Assembly (NCBI GenBank): GCA_035390125.1
Contig: DAOOTD010000003.1
Location: forward strand, 20,122-84,121
Length of the DNA: 64,000 bases
Origin: Candidatus Moraniibacteriota bacterium
GTDB taxonomy: Bacteria > Patescibacteriota > Minisyncoccia > Moranbacterales > GWC2-37-73
Direction of reading: 5' to 3'
Positions 49,249 through 61,000 of the stretch are shown piece after piece (within the stretch, counting starts at the first letter, position 1; each line of letters starts with the position of its first letter). Made by a program: the position numbers and the translations under genes. The notes below the pieces were generated by a model. The model was not told the DNA's origin. It ran no database searches and worked only from the letters and a program-made list of their open reading frames with translations.

Positions 49249-50247
49249 TTAATTAATTTTACCTTTAAAATTATACTCTATACTTCTTACTACTCCCGGA
49301 ATATCACTCAAAATACCCATATCATTGCCATTTATTTTTATAAATGTCTGATTTCCCTTGCCAGAAGTCACGCTTATTTTATTTTTTACATTAAAAGACT
49401 TAATAGATTGAGGTAAGAGCACTCCGCTATATTTAAGATCACCATCTACTTCTATATATAACCACGTCGGGCTGGGATTTACATATATTTCAGCATAAAA
49501 TTCGTCTGATTTTTCTAATTGTTCTGACATGTTCTGTTCTGGTATTTTATCAGATCCCTGTTGTGAAGAATCATGAAAATTTGCATTGACTGAGAATGTT
49601 TGTGAGTTTTCTTTATCGAATTTATTGCGTACCTTTACGGTTATAATATTCAAATTCGGTTTTAATCCAACATCCTCACCAAATTCTCCATTTTCATTAA
49701 CCATAACAGGCTGATCATTTATAAATACTAATGCATCTTTTTCGGCAATACCCGTGACATGTATTGAGTTTCCCTCCACAGATGAACCATCACTAGGTTT
49801 TATAACAACTAAGCGTGGAGTTGAAATAAAACTGTTAACCTCCTTATAAAGATATGCAAGAATAGCTACGGCCACTAATATAATTGCACTTATAATAATA
49901 ATTTTAGGAGTAATGATAAAACTTGAAAATTTTATCGGAATATTATTTTTGTCATCATCAGAAATTTTTTTTATATTTTTATGGATTCCTTTTTCACGTT
50001 GATATTGTTTAATAAGACCTATATCATCCAAACCCATAAAAGTCGCATAACTTTTGATAAATCCTTTGACATATACATCAGCAGGAAGTTTCATATATTC
50101 TCCTTCTTCTAGATATTCCAGATATTTAGATTGTATTTTTGTACTCTTTGAAATCTCAGCCAGACTTAACCTGCGTTCATTTCTGATTTTTTTCATACGC
50201 TCGCCTAGCGTCAGGGAATCAATTTTTTTAGTGGTGAATCTAACCAT
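49249..50247 (-). CDS. RodZ-like protein (N-terminal XRE-type HTH, TM helix, C-terminal DUF4115-like domain)
   Basis: [38 protein letters not shown] (HTH_25-like), [20 protein letters not shown], and a beta-rich C-terminal domain; 332 aa. Confidence 0.65.
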   Translation of the reverse strand: MVRFTTKKIDSLTLGERMKKIRNERRLSLAEISKSTKIQSKYLEYLEEGEYMKLPADVYVKGFIKSYATFMGLDDIGLIKQYQREKGIHKNIKKISDDDKNNIPIKFSSFIITPKIIIISAIILVAVAILAYLYKEVNSFISTPRLVVIKPSDGSSVEGNSIHVTGIAEKDALVFINDQPVMVNENGEFGEDVGLKPNLNIITVKVRNKFDKENSQTFSVNANFHDSSQQGSDKIPEQNMSEQLEKSDEFYAEIYVNPSPTWLYIEVDGDLKYSGVLLPQSIKSFNVKNKISVTSGKGNQTFIKINGNDMGILSDIPGVVRSIEYNFKGKIN

Positions 50248-50347
50248 ATTGAAAGCAAAAAATATAGAGTGTAAAACTTTAAAATTAAATTATTTTCTGT
50301 TTTTTTGTTTTTGTTTTACGCCTTATATTTAGGCTTTCATACTTTAA

Positions 50348-52690
50348 CTACATTTGCCATTTATCTCTAACTATCTGATCTTCCATAGAGCTTTCATAGG
50401 ATGTTTGATTTTCATTTCCAAGCAAAATTTCACGCGGCTTTGCTCCATCTGCCGGACCTATAATCCCGCGCTCTTCCAATATATCTATGAGACGCGCAGC
50501 ACGTGAATATCCAATTTTCATGCGCCTTTGTAAAAGAGAAGAAGAAGCTTTTTTTGCCTGCAAAACAATTCCCTTAGCTTCTTCGTAGCGCTGATCTTCC
50601 ATCCCATCATTTTCAGGAATTGAGGAAAAGTCTATCTTATCTCTATCATATACAGTGTTTACTTCTCCATTATTATTGCCAAGCTCCTTATGTTCTTCAA
50701 TATTTATTTCATTGTCAATATTGTCTTCTATTTTTTCAAATTTCTGATTTTTTATAAATTTGACAACTCGCTTAACCTCCTCTTCAGAAATGAAAACTCC
50801 CTGTATACGTCTTAAGTCTACTGATTCGGCTGCAGAAAAAAGCATATCTCCATTGCCAAGAAGTTTTTCGGCACCACTTGCATCGAGTATGGTACGAGAA
50901 TCCATAAGCGCCGGAACTCTGAAAGCTATACGAGTAGGAATATTTGACTTAATAAGGCTAGTAATCACTGTAACAATAGGTTTTTGTGTACTCAGTATAA
51001 GATGTATGCCAACTGCTCGTGCCATTTGAGCCAAACGTATTACCGCACCTTCTACTTCTTTGCCATGTGATGCCATTAAGTCAGCTAGTTCATCTATAAT
51101 AATTACTATATACGGTATTTTTTCTATTTTTTCTTCTACAATTTCACCTGTTTCATTATTTATGCGATTTAATGTTCCACCTTTAGCAGCTTTTTCATTG
51201 AATGACATAATATCCTTAGCACCAGCATCTTGCATTAATTTATATCTTTGTTCCATTTGTCCGATAGACCACTTTAGAGCATTGATTACTTTGCCATTTT
51301 CTACAATTACATCTGAAAGAAGATGAGGAATTCCATTATAAGGCGTGAGCTCAACCCTTTTTGGATCAATTAAAATAAGTTTTAAATCTTGCGGAGAATT
51401 CTGATAAAGTAAAGATAATATTATGGTGTTTATACAGACACTTTTACCACTGCCTGTGGAACCAGCAATCAATAGGTGTGGCATTTTTTTAAGATCACTA
51501 AAAATATAGTTTCCGCTGACATCTTTACCTAATGCTAACAATAGATTTGATTTTCTGTTTTCAAATTCAAGCGCCTGTAATAACTCCGGGAGTCTTATCA
51601 ATGCTGTTTTCTTATTAGGAACCTCAACTCCAACAAGCGATCTTCCTGGAATCGGCGCTTCGATTCTAACTTGGCGAGCAGCCAATCTAAGAGCTAAATC
51701 GTTGCTTAATGCTGTTATTCTGCTTAATTTTACGCCTACTGCCGGACGAAAACTGTATTGAGTAACTGTAGGCCCTGTTTTTATTTCTCCTAATTCAACT
51801 TCTATACCAAAGTTTCTTAGAGTATCCTGAATTATTTTAGCATTTTTATCTACATCTCCACCCTGAGCTTTTTCAATAGTATTATCCAATAAATCAATTG
51901 GGGGTAATTCCCAATCGATGTTCTGATCTGAAATTATTTTTTTATTCTTTCCGCTCGGCATCCAAGCTGCTGCTTTTTTAAGAATTTTTTTCATTCGCAT
52001 TTCTTCCTCACTTTCATTGTTGATTTCTTCTACAAATTCTGTCTTTTTTTCTTTTTCTTCTTTACTTTCTGGTATTGGTTCTTCTTCTCTCTCATCAGCA
52101 ATATATTCTTCATTTTCTTTTTCACTATTTTCATCTGATTTTTTATGGATAAATTTATCGATTAATTTCACTATTGAAAAATTAAAAGCCACAATTATTC
52201 CAATTAATAAAAGAGCGATAAGAATAACTGACCCTCCGATTTTTCCAGCGAGCTTTAAAAAAATAAAAGCGAATATGTAGCCTAGAAAACCCCCGCCGGT
52301 TCCATCCTGGGCTGCTTGGAGAAGTTTATCTACATCATATGAAAGAATATGTATAAGTCCTAAAAGTCCTATAAAGGCTGTGAATACTCCTAGCAATTTC
52401 GAAACATAAAATAATGTTTCTTTGCGAAAAAGCAAAATTATTCCTGCTACAATAAGTACGAAAGGAGAGACATATTTCCCAACCCCAAATATCCAGCTAG
52501 CAGCTGAATTAAGGAATTTGCCTAAAATACCAGCATCAACTATTTTTGCTTCAGAAAGAAAACCTAGAATAAAAAGAACTGCCAAAACAAAAAGCGTTAT
52601 GGCAACTATACTGCGTTTTATATCACCAGATATTACCGGAATTCTTTCATTTTCTTCTATTTCCTGATTATGTTTTTTTTGTCTTCCCAT
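50348..52690 (-). CDS. ftsK: DNA translocase FtsK/SpoIIIE
   Basis: N-terminal TM helices, a Walker A in HLLIAGSTGSGKSVCINTIILSLLY, and the C-terminal gamma (winged-helix) domain; 780 aa. Confidence 0.9.
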   Translation of the reverse strand: MGRQKKHNQEIEENERIPVISGDIKRSIVAITLFVLAVLFILGFLSEAKIVDAGILGKFLNSAASWIFGVGKYVSPFVLIVAGIILLFRKETLFYVSKLLGVFTAFIGLLGLIHILSYDVDKLLQAAQDGTGGGFLGYIFAFIFLKLAGKIGGSVILIALLLIGIIVAFNFSIVKLIDKFIHKKSDENSEKENEEYIADEREEEPIPESKEEKEKKTEFVEEINNESEEEMRMKKILKKAAAWMPSGKNKKIISDQNIDWELPPIDLLDNTIEKAQGGDVDKNAKIIQDTLRNFGIEVELGEIKTGPTVTQYSFRPAVGVKLSRITALSNDLALRLAARQVRIEAPIPGRSLVGVEVPNKKTALIRLPELLQALEFENRKSNLLLALGKDVSGNYIFSDLKKMPHLLIAGSTGSGKSVCINTIILSLLYQNSPQDLKLILIDPKRVELTPYNGIPHLLSDVIVENGKVINALKWSIGQMEQRYKLMQDAGAKDIMSFNEKAAKGGTLNRINNETGEIVEEKIEKIPYIVIIIDELADLMASHGKEVEGAVIRLAQMARAVGIHLILSTQKPIVTVITSLIKSNIPTRIAFRVPALMDSRTILDASGAEKLLGNGDMLFSAAESVDLRRIQGVFISEEEVKRVVKFIKNQKFEKIEDNIDNEINIEEHKELGNNNGEVNTVYDRDKIDFSSIPENDGMEDQRYEEAKGIVLQAKKASSSLLQRRMKIGYSRAARLIDILEERGIIGPADGAKPREILLGNENQTSYESSMEDQIVRDKWQM

Positions 52691-52798
52691 GATTTAATCT
52701 GCCCACTGAGGCAAGCAATTACTTAAATTTGTTTAATAACTTAATTTTAACACAAAGATAGTTTTTTTTCTATACTTTATTTTAATGAACTTTTTTAT

Positions 52799-53467
52799 CT
52801 ATAGACTAACAAATTTTACAGGTAAAATCTTATGAAAAATTCCAGCTATAAAAATTACATCCGCTTGTGAAAGATAAATTGGGTGATGGGCGTCATTAGT
52901 GGAGTTAGGAAACAAGCCAATCACACCTTTGCCCATATTTTTATAACGTTTGATAGTGGCCATACCATTGATTACCGCCACTACTATTTTATCTTCAAAC
53001 TCATTTTGCGCTTCAGTTTTTTCAAAAATCACATAATCTCCATCACTGATTCCGTCTTTATTCATTGAATCTCCCAGAGCTTTGACAGCGAATAATTTTT
53101 CAGGTTGTTTTTTGTGAAAAAGATTTTTAGAAATTTGTAAAAAATCATCTGCCACACCGTCATCGGCATAGGCCAGTGCTTCCCCGCAAGATGCTAGCCC
53201 ATAAAGAGGAATAGAAAAAATATTCTGCGCATCTCCATAATTCTCATTTTCTACCAGATAAATTTTTTTATTTTCATCACGAGTAATTAATTCTTTTTTC
53301 TCCAAAGATTCGATAACTTGCATGACAGATTTCATGCTTTCATTCATACCTTTAGAAAGCAGATGTTTATGCAGGCGATAGCTGGTTGGTTTTTCTCCAT
53401 TTTGCATTGTAAGTTCACGGATATATTCAAGGATATTTTTTTGTTTAGCTGTGAGTTTTTGTTCCAT
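52799..53467 (-). CDS. lexA: LexA-like SOS repressor (wHTH + S24 peptidase)
   Basis: MEQKLTAKQKNILEYIRELT aligns with the E. coli LexA N-terminus (MKALTARQQEVFDLI). It has a candidate Ala-Gly-type cleavage region ASCGEA and the Ser/Lys dyad KALGDSM ... TIKRY. The track ORF extends to GTG 53518, which has an AGGAGG 7 nt upstream, so the start is ambiguous. Confidence 0.8.
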   Translation of the reverse strand: MEQKLTAKQKNILEYIRELTMQNGEKPTSYRLHKHLLSKGMNESMKSVMQVIESLEKKELITRDENKKIYLVENENYGDAQNIFSIPLYGLASCGEALAYADDGVADDFLQISKNLFHKKQPEKLFAVKALGDSMNKDGISDGDYVIFEKTEAQNEFEDKIVVAVINGMATIKRYKNMGKGVIGLFPNSTNDAHHPIYLSQADVIFIAGIFHKILPVKFVSL

Positions 53468-53488
53468 ATTTTTATTTAAATTATTTAT

Positions 53489-53505
53489 AGTGTTATTATA
53501 ACACT
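53489..53505. promoter_or_regulatory. Perfect 17-bp palindrome AGTGTTAT-T-ATAACACT overlapping the -10 box of the lexA promoter (candidate LexA operator / SOS box)
   Basis: Gene-strand: TTGCAG (53518-53523)-17 nt-TATAAT (53495-53500); the TATAAT sits at the centre of the palindrome. Confidence 0.45.
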
Positions 53506-53609
53506 GTATTAATATCACTGCAATACCCTCCTGTGGATAACTCTTGCCTTTGATTTATTCAAAAGTGCTTGTCTTATAAAAAATTATTTTTTTAAGAGAA
53601 ATACTCTTT

Positions 53610-53638
53610 ATTGACAATATTTTTTTATTATAATATAC
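53610..53638 (+). promoter_or_regulatory. Candidate sigma70 promoter of the L,D-transpeptidase gene
   Basis: TTGACA-17 nt-TATACT; RBS GAAGGAGGAAG 6 nt before ATG 53686. Confidence 0.5.
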
Positions 53639-53685
53639 TGGCTTATTACTTTAAAAATTAAATAAATATAGAAGGAGGAAGCAAA

Positions 53686-54312
53686 ATGCGGAAGGTTGTT
53701 TTTTTTATCATTTTTTTAATTAATTTTTGTTTATTTTTTTCGGAATTTTCTTTTGCTGAAATTTTTTTTGCACCTGAAGGATTTTCAACTTATCAAGTTA
53801 AAAAAGGAGATGTTCTAGGCAAAATCGCTCCCTGCGAGCATTGGGACCTGATTAAAAGAGTTAATAGAGTTGATGAAAGTCATTTGCCTGCTGGCAAAAG
53901 TATTTTTATTCCAATCAACCCTGAGAAGGCAAACCGTTTTATACCAATTCCTAAAACAATAGAGAAAGCAAAAAATCAAAAACGTATTCTCTATATTTTT
54001 TTGGATAGGCAATATTTTGGTGCTTATGAAAATGGTCATCTGTCTTTCTGGGGGCCAATTTCTTCTGGTAAAAAAGGATTAGACACGCCAGTTGGAAATT
54101 TTTCTGTAAAGTGGAAGACTGGTTTATACAAATCAAAAAAATATGATGCGGAAATGCCTTTTGCAATCAACATTTCTGATGCTGGATTTTTTATTCATCA
54201 ACAGTCTCTTCCGGGGAAACCAGCATCCCACGGCTGCATCCGCCTTCTAAAGGAAGATGCGCAAAAAATGTATAATTGGATCAAAAAAAATGATCCGGTT
54301 GTAATTAAATAA
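53686..54312 (+). CDS. L,D-transpeptidase (YkuD domain) with N-terminal LysM domain and signal peptide
   Basis: LysM: YQVKKGDVLGKIAP. Catalytic motif ...HQQSLPGKPASHGCIRL (H-x-SHGC[IV]R); 208 aa. Confidence 0.8.
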   Translation: MRKVVFFIIFLINFCLFFSEFSFAEIFFAPEGFSTYQVKKGDVLGKIAPCEHWDLIKRVNRVDESHLPAGKSIFIPINPEKANRFIPIPKTIEKAKNQKRILYIFLDRQYFGAYENGHLSFWGPISSGKKGLDTPVGNFSVKWKTGLYKSKKYDAEMPFAINISDAGFFIHQQSLPGKPASHGCIRLLKEDAQKMYNWIKKNDPVVIK

Positions 54313-54384
54313 AAATTACAGCAGCAACAGCTCCTCTGAAAGGGAGCTGTTTTTTTATAAAATACAAATATATACACAGCGAAC

Positions 54385-54420
54385 TCAAACAACAAAAATC
54401 CCGATATAAATCGGGATTTT
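54385..54420. terminator. Bidirectional rho-independent terminator (ldt on +, rpoC on -)
   Basis: AAATCCCGAT-ataa-ATCGGGATTT 10-bp stem; TTTTG follows on the + strand and TTTTGTTGTTTG on the minus strand. Confidence 0.7.
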
Positions 54421-54456
54421 GCGGTTTCCATACTCGCCTAATGGCGAACTAATAAG

Positions 54457-57400
54457 CTATTTTTTGAATTCCCGGTATCCTGTTCCGGCTGGAATTAAAC
54501 GGCCAATGATAACATTTTCTTTGAGACCTCGCAGGCGATCATCTTTTCCGGTAACGGCCGCATTGATAAGTACACGGGCAGTTTCCTGAAAAGATGCGGC
54601 TGAAAGAAATGATTCTGTTGAAAGAGCTACTTTAGTAATGCCCATAATGAGTTGCTCTCCCGTAGCCTTTTCTTTTTTAGCTTTTTTAGCTAATTCATTT
54701 TCTTCTAAAAATTGATCTTTTTCAACAACATCTCCCGGCAAAAGATCTGTGTCACCGGCATCAATAACTTTTATGCGACTTAGCATCTGGCGAATAATGA
54801 CTTCGACATGCTTATCATTAATTCCTTCACCTTGGGCTGCATATATTTCCTGAATTTCACTGATAATGTATCGTTGGACAGCCTCTTGACCCATGGTAGC
54901 ATATAATTTTTTGAGATCAACATGACCTTCATTAAGCTGGGCTCCTTTGCCAATCAATTGCCCTTTGGAAACAATTAGCGTTGACTCTGATGGAGCTTGA
55001 TATTCTTTAATCTCTTTTTCTAAAGTTTCAATCTTGATAGTCACGGTCTTTCTGTTTTCACTCACAATTTCCACGACCTTACCATCAACATCGGCAATAA
55101 TAGATTCTCCTTTTGGAGGACGTGCCTCAAAAATTTCTTCAACACGAGGAAGACCTTGAGTAATATCTGTTCCTGCAACACCACCGGTATGGAAAGTACG
55201 CATAGTTAATTGAGTACCTGGTTCGCCGATAGCTTGGGCAGCTACTATACCGACAGCTTGTCCAATTGCTACTAAATTACTGCGCCCAAGATCCAAACCA
55301 TAACATGTGCGACAAATACCTCTTTTACTTTTGCAGGTAATGACATTTCTAATCTTAACCTTATCAATCTGGGCTTTTTCTATAGCCTGACCATCTTCCT
55401 TTGTTGCTAGTGTTCCTTTTTTAATGAGTATTTTTTTATTTTTTGGATCAATTACATCTTCAGCCACGACACGGCCTTCGACCCTATTTGCAAAACTTTG
55501 CCCGATTTTATCTGAATCTTCTTTATATATATATGCACCTTCCTTATCACCACAATCTTCTTCACGGACAATTATGTCTTGAGCCACATCAACTAAGCGG
55601 CGGGTTAGGTAGCCAGCAGTAGCTGTTCTTAAGGCTGTATCCGCCATACCTTTTCGGGCACCATGAGTTGAAATGAAATATTCAAGAACGTTAAAACCTT
55701 CTTTGAAAGAACTCTTTACTGGCAATTCAATAGTTTCTCCAGTTGGTCCAGCTACTAATCCTTTCATGCCCATCATTTGAACTACAACAGATTCAGAACC
55801 ACGAGCTTTAGAATGAACCATGGTGTAAACACTGCCTTCATGGTCAAGAGAACCCTTAACTGCATCTGCAATAATATTTTTTGTGCGATTCCATATTTCA
55901 ATAACACGATTCTTTCTTTCTTCTTCGGTCAAAAGACCCATGGAGTATTGCTGGTTAATTGTAGCGACTTCTTCTTCAGCTTTTCTCATCGCTGGTTCCT
56001 TTTCTGCTGGTACGCTAAGATCATCCATTCCCCAACTAATCCCGCTACAAGATGCCATTTTAAATCCAAGCTGTTTAATGCGGTCTATAAAAGCTGAAGT
56101 TTCTTCTTGTCCTTTTAGTGTTAAGATTTTTGCAACTAATTGCTTAATCTCTTTCTGTGTAAGTTCTTCGTTTATAAACCTTAGACTTTCAGGCAATATA
56201 TCATTAAACAAAATCCTCCCAACTGATGTCTCCAGAATTTTACCTTTAATATCAACTTTTATCTTTGCATTTACAGCAATGAACCCCAGTTGATAAGCTA
56301 GTATTGCTTCCTCATGAGTTGCAAAAATTTTTCCCTCACCTTTAACGCCTTCCTTAACATGAGTTATATAGTATGCTCCCAAAATAATATCTTTTGATGG
56401 AACAACAATTGGCTCTCCTGAAGCTGGTTTAAGCAAGTTCTTTGAAGAAAGCATAATATTGGCACTTTCATCGCGAGCCTGATCGGTCAACGGAACATGC
56501 ACCGCCATTTGGTCTCCATCAAAGTCGGCATTGAAAGCCGCACAAACCATTGGATGTATCTGAATAGCTTTACCTTCAATAAGCACTGGCTGGAAAGCTT
56601 GGATAGATAAGCGATGAAGCGTTGGGGCACGATTTAAAAGCACGTAATGATGCTCGATGATTTCATCTAGAATTTCATAAGCTTCCTCGGTTTCTGCATC
56701 AACCATACGTCCAGCTGTCCTTACATTATGGGCGTATTCTTTTTCTATAAGATTATTTATAATGAAAGGCTTAAAAAGTTCAAGAGCCATTTTCTTTGGA
56801 AGTCCTGCCTGATGTAACTTAAGCTGTGGGCCAACAACAATTACTGAACGTCCTGAATAGTCAACTCTTTTTCCAAGCAAATTTTGTCTGAACCTTCCCT
56901 GCTTTCCCTTGAGAGCATCAGCCAATGATCTCAATGGCCGCCTTTGCCCAGTCGAAGCAGCTACAGATGATTGACCCTTGCGGGCGCTATTATCAAAAAG
57001 CGCATCTACTGCTTCCTGCAACATTCTTTTTTCATTTCTGGTAATAACCTCAGGTGCTCCTAAATCAATCAATTTTTTCAAACGATTATTCCTATTAATG
57101 ATGCGCCTGTATAAATCATTAAGGTCGGAAGTTGCGAAACGTCCTCCATCTAAAGCCACCATTGGACGTAGATCAGGCGGAATGACTGGAATGACCGTGG
57201 GCAACATCCATTCTAGTTTAAGTCCGGCTTTCTTAAAGCCCTGGAAAAGTTTCATACGTTTGAATAATTTTTTCTTATCAGATGTTTCCTCATTGTCTAA
57301 TTCCTTTTTTATACGCTTAATCATCTTATCAATATCCATATCTTCTAAAATTTCACGTACCGCTTCAGCTCCGATTCCAGCCGAAAAAACCTGTCCAAAT

Positions 57401-58041
57401 CTGGATGATAAGTTAAAATATTCAAGTTCTGAAAGAATCTGCATCGGTTTTAGATTTTTGATATCTTCTTTTACCCCCTTAAATTGTTCTTTTAATTCTT
57501 CCAACATTGCATCGGTTCCGCGTTCATTTTCTGTCTTGCCTGATTTAACTTCTTTCTGTTTTTGTTTATATTCGTGCTCAAGTTGTTCTATAACTCGGTT
57601 ACGGACATCTTCATTTACGTTTTTAATAATATAGGCAGCAAAGTATATGACCTTTTCAAGATCTTGTACTCCTATTCCTAAAGCTAAACCAATTTTTGAT
57701 GGAACGCCCCTGAGAAACCAGATATGCGAAACAGGAACGGCTAATTTTATATGTCCTATTCTTTCACGCCTAACAATTGAACGGGTAACTTCTACTCCGC
57801 ATTTATCGCAAACAATTCCTTTATATCTTATGCGCTTATATTTTCCGCAATAACACTCCCAATCCTTTGAGGGACCAAATATTTTTTCGCAAAATAAACC
57901 ATCTTTTTCATACCGCTGAGTTCGATAGTTTATTGTTTCTGGTTTTGTCACCTCGCCATGCGACCAATTCATTATGCTTTCTGGACTAGAGAGCCTGAGA
58001 CGGACACTATTGAAGTCACTGACTTTAGTAATATTTTCCAT
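54457..58041 (-). CDS. rpoC: DNA-directed RNA polymerase subunit beta'
   Basis: Zn-binding CYCGKYKRIRYKGIVCDKCGVEV, NADFDGDQMAVHVPL (catalytic Mg2+ motif); 1194 aa. Confidence 0.97.
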   Translation of the reverse strand: MENITKVSDFNSVRLRLSSPESIMNWSHGEVTKPETINYRTQRYEKDGLFCEKIFGPSKDWECYCGKYKRIRYKGIVCDKCGVEVTRSIVRRERIGHIKLAVPVSHIWFLRGVPSKIGLALGIGVQDLEKVIYFAAYIIKNVNEDVRNRVIEQLEHEYKQKQKEVKSGKTENERGTDAMLEELKEQFKGVKEDIKNLKPMQILSELEYFNLSSRFGQVFSAGIGAEAVREILEDMDIDKMIKRIKKELDNEETSDKKKLFKRMKLFQGFKKAGLKLEWMLPTVIPVIPPDLRPMVALDGGRFATSDLNDLYRRIINRNNRLKKLIDLGAPEVITRNEKRMLQEAVDALFDNSARKGQSSVAASTGQRRPLRSLADALKGKQGRFRQNLLGKRVDYSGRSVIVVGPQLKLHQAGLPKKMALELFKPFIINNLIEKEYAHNVRTAGRMVDAETEEAYEILDEIIEHHYVLLNRAPTLHRLSIQAFQPVLIEGKAIQIHPMVCAAFNADFDGDQMAVHVPLTDQARDESANIMLSSKNLLKPASGEPIVVPSKDIILGAYYITHVKEGVKGEGKIFATHEEAILAYQLGFIAVNAKIKVDIKGKILETSVGRILFNDILPESLRFINEELTQKEIKQLVAKILTLKGQEETSAFIDRIKQLGFKMASCSGISWGMDDLSVPAEKEPAMRKAEEEVATINQQYSMGLLTEEERKNRVIEIWNRTKNIIADAVKGSLDHEGSVYTMVHSKARGSESVVVQMMGMKGLVAGPTGETIELPVKSSFKEGFNVLEYFISTHGARKGMADTALRTATAGYLTRRLVDVAQDIIVREEDCGDKEGAYIYKEDSDKIGQSFANRVEGRVVAEDVIDPKNKKILIKKGTLATKEDGQAIEKAQIDKVKIRNVITCKSKRGICRTCYGLDLGRSNLVAIGQAVGIVAAQAIGEPGTQLTMRTFHTGGVAGTDITQGLPRVEEIFEARPPKGESIIADVDGKVVEIVSENRKTVTIKIETLEKEIKEYQAPSESTLIVSKGQLIGKGAQLNEGHVDLKKLYATMGQEAVQRYIISEIQEIYAAQGEGINDKHVEVIIRQMLSRIKVIDAGDTDLLPGDVVEKDQFLEENELAKKAKKEKATGEQLIMGITKVALSTESFLSAASFQETARVLINAAVTGKDDRLRGLKENVIIGRLIPAGTGYREFKK

Positions 58042-58072
58042 AATTTTATTTGAAATTTTTTACAAAGGTTAA

Positions 58073-61000
58073 TTAAATTTGATCGATGTCTTCTTCTGTT
58101 TTTTCATATTCTCCCAACTCATCTTCTTGCAAATCGTCATCTTTAAGTTTGGAATCAATAAGTTCGACATCTAAACATAAGCCTTTTAGTTCATTCACTA
58201 AAACATGGAAAGAGGCTGGTATGTTCGGACTTTTGATTTTTTCACCTTTAATTATAGATTCATATGCTTTTGATCTCCCAAGAACATCATCTGATTTGAT
58301 TGTAAGCATTTCTTGCAAAGTATAGGCTGCTCCATATCCTTCCAGCGCCCATACTTCCATTTCTCCGAAACGCTGTCCTCCAAATTGTGCTTTACCTCCA
58401 AGTGGTTGTTGAGTTATCAATGAATATGGTCCGATTGAGCGCATGTGCAGTTTATCCTCAACCAAGTGATTTAGTTTCATAACATACATAACGCCTACTG
58501 TTGTTTCGTTATCAAAAAATTCACCGGTTTTCCCATCAATCAATCTTACTTTTCCGCTTTCGGGGAGTCCAGCTTTTTTAAGTTCCTCCTTTATATCTTC
58601 TTCTGCAATTCCGTCCAGTGCAGGAGTTGCAACTTTATAACCAAGTTTAAAAGCTGCCCATCCGAGATGAGTTTCCAAAATCTGTCCGATATTCATACGG
58701 GACACAACTCCTAATGGATTAAGTATTACATCAATAGGAGTTCCGTCTGGCAAATATGGCATATCTTCAACTGGTGCGATTCTGGAAATAACTCCTTTGT
58801 TCCCGTGTCGTCCTGCTAATTTATCCCCAACAGAAACTTTGCGCAACTGTGCAACTGAAATTTGTATTTGCTTGATAACTCCAGTTGAAAGTTTGTCACC
58901 TTGTTCTCTAGAAAGTATTTTTATATCAACAATTTTACCATGTTCTCCGTGAGGCAGATAAAGTGAGGAATCTTTTACGTCTTTTGATTTTTCACCGAAT
59001 ATAGCTCTTAATAGCCTTTCTTCGGGTGTTAAATCACCTTCGCCTTTTGGAGTAATCTTGCCTACTAATATATCTCCCGAAGAAACTTCCGCACCTATTC
59101 GGATTATTCCTGTTTCATCCAGATTCTTCAGTCTTTCCTCACCAATATTCGGGATGTCTCTAGTCACAATTTCTGGCCCGAGTTTTGTATCACGAACATC
59201 AATTGAAAAATCTTCAATATGAATAGAACTGTACCAGTCTTCTCTTAAAAGCCTCTCTGAAAGTATGATAGCATCTTCATAGTTATAACCATCCCAAGGA
59301 ATAAAAGCTACTAATGGATTCTGCCCTAAAGCTAATTCTCCATTTTCAGTTGCGGCACCATCAGCCAAAAGCTGACCCTTGGTCACAGCTTGTCCTTTTT
59401 CAACTCGAGGCAATTGGCTCATACTAGTAAAGGCATTGGATTTCTGGAAAGATTGAAGTTTATATTCTCGTTTAAAATTATCTTTTTTAGCTCCGACTGG
59501 GGCTTTTTCTTTAATGACAATATGATTAGCGTCAACTTCAATAACTTCTCCGTCATTAACTGCTAAAACAACCTGTCCTGAATCAGATGCGGCCTTATCT
59601 TCAATACCAGTTCCAACCAATGGAGCTTGCGGGACAATACATGGCACAGCCTGGCGTTGCATATTTGAACCCATGAGAGCACGATTAGCATCATCATGTT
59701 CCAAAAATGGAATAAGGGAAGTTGCAATAGATATGCATTGTTTAGCAGACACATCTATGTAGTCCAATTTATCAGCTTCAATCATTTCAGGACTACCTTT
59801 AACACGAGCTTCTACTATTTCTTCTATTATATTGCGATTTTCATCCGTTTTAACACGTGCATGTGTAATAACGTGTCTGTCTTCAACTGTAGCATTTATA
59901 TACTCTATTTCATCTGAAATATATGGTTTAATTTTAATATTCTTTTTGCTGCATTTATAAATTTTGTTGGCAATTTCTTCAGTAATTTTATCTCCTGATT
60001 TTGCAATGCCTTCAATATCTTCATTTAGAACTCTGCTTATTAGATTTTCTGTTTTATTTTCTACTTCCTTGTGTAATTTTATGTAAGGAGTTTCTAAAAA
60101 TCCAAAATCATTTATGCGAGCATAAGAAGCCATATGCCCCACCAACCCAATATTCGGACCTTCTGGAGTTTCGATCGGACAAATGCGTCCATAATGTGAA
60201 TGATGTACATCTCTGACTTCAAAACCTGCTCTTTCACGGGTTAACCCTCCTGGTCCCATAGCAGATAAGCGTCTTTTGTGTTCAAGTTCAGCCAAAGGAT
60301 TGACTTGATCCATAAACTGGGAAAGCTGCGAACTTGAAAAAAACTCCTTAATGGCAGCAGCTACTGGCCTAGAGTTGATAAGTTGTCCTGGTACAACGGT
60401 TTCAACATCGCAGGTGCTCATACGATCTTTTATATTTCTAGCCATTCTTGCCATGCCGATGCGCAATTTATTCTGTACCAATTCTCCTACTCCCCTGACG
60501 CGTCGGTTGCCTAAGTGATCGATATCGTCGGCAATAGCGTGCGGGTCATTATTGAGACGTATAATTTCCTTAATAATCAAAACCAGATCATCAACTAATA
60601 AAATTCTATTTTCTTCATTATCTTCGCGATTAACATTAAGTCGCTGATTCAAACGGTAACGTCCGACTGAGCCAAAATCATATTTTTCAAAATTGAAAAA
60701 CATTGAATCGATTAATTGTTTTGCGTTTTCAACCGTTGCTAAATCTCCCGGCCTTATTCTTTTATAAATTTCTTTATATCCTTCTGCTTGATCTTTAGTC
60801 GTGTCTTTAGCTAAAGTTTCTTCAATAAAATTAAGATCACCATTATCGACATCCTTAAAAATTTTAATAATAGATTCATTTTTTTGCATCCCAAAAGCAC
60901 GTAAAAGCGCTGTGATAGGAATTTTTCTCTTGCGGTCAATACGGACATTTAACACTCCATCAAGCCCTGTATCAATTTCCAGCCAAGCACCTCTATTAGG

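Noticed and set aside
53468-53518. 17-codon N-terminal extension of lexA from GTG 53518
   Set aside because: The extension (MILIQCYNNTINNLNKN) has no counterpart in LexA proteins and would bury the palindromic operator and -10 box in coding sequence. It is retained as an explicit ambiguity because of the AGGAGG upstream of the GTG.
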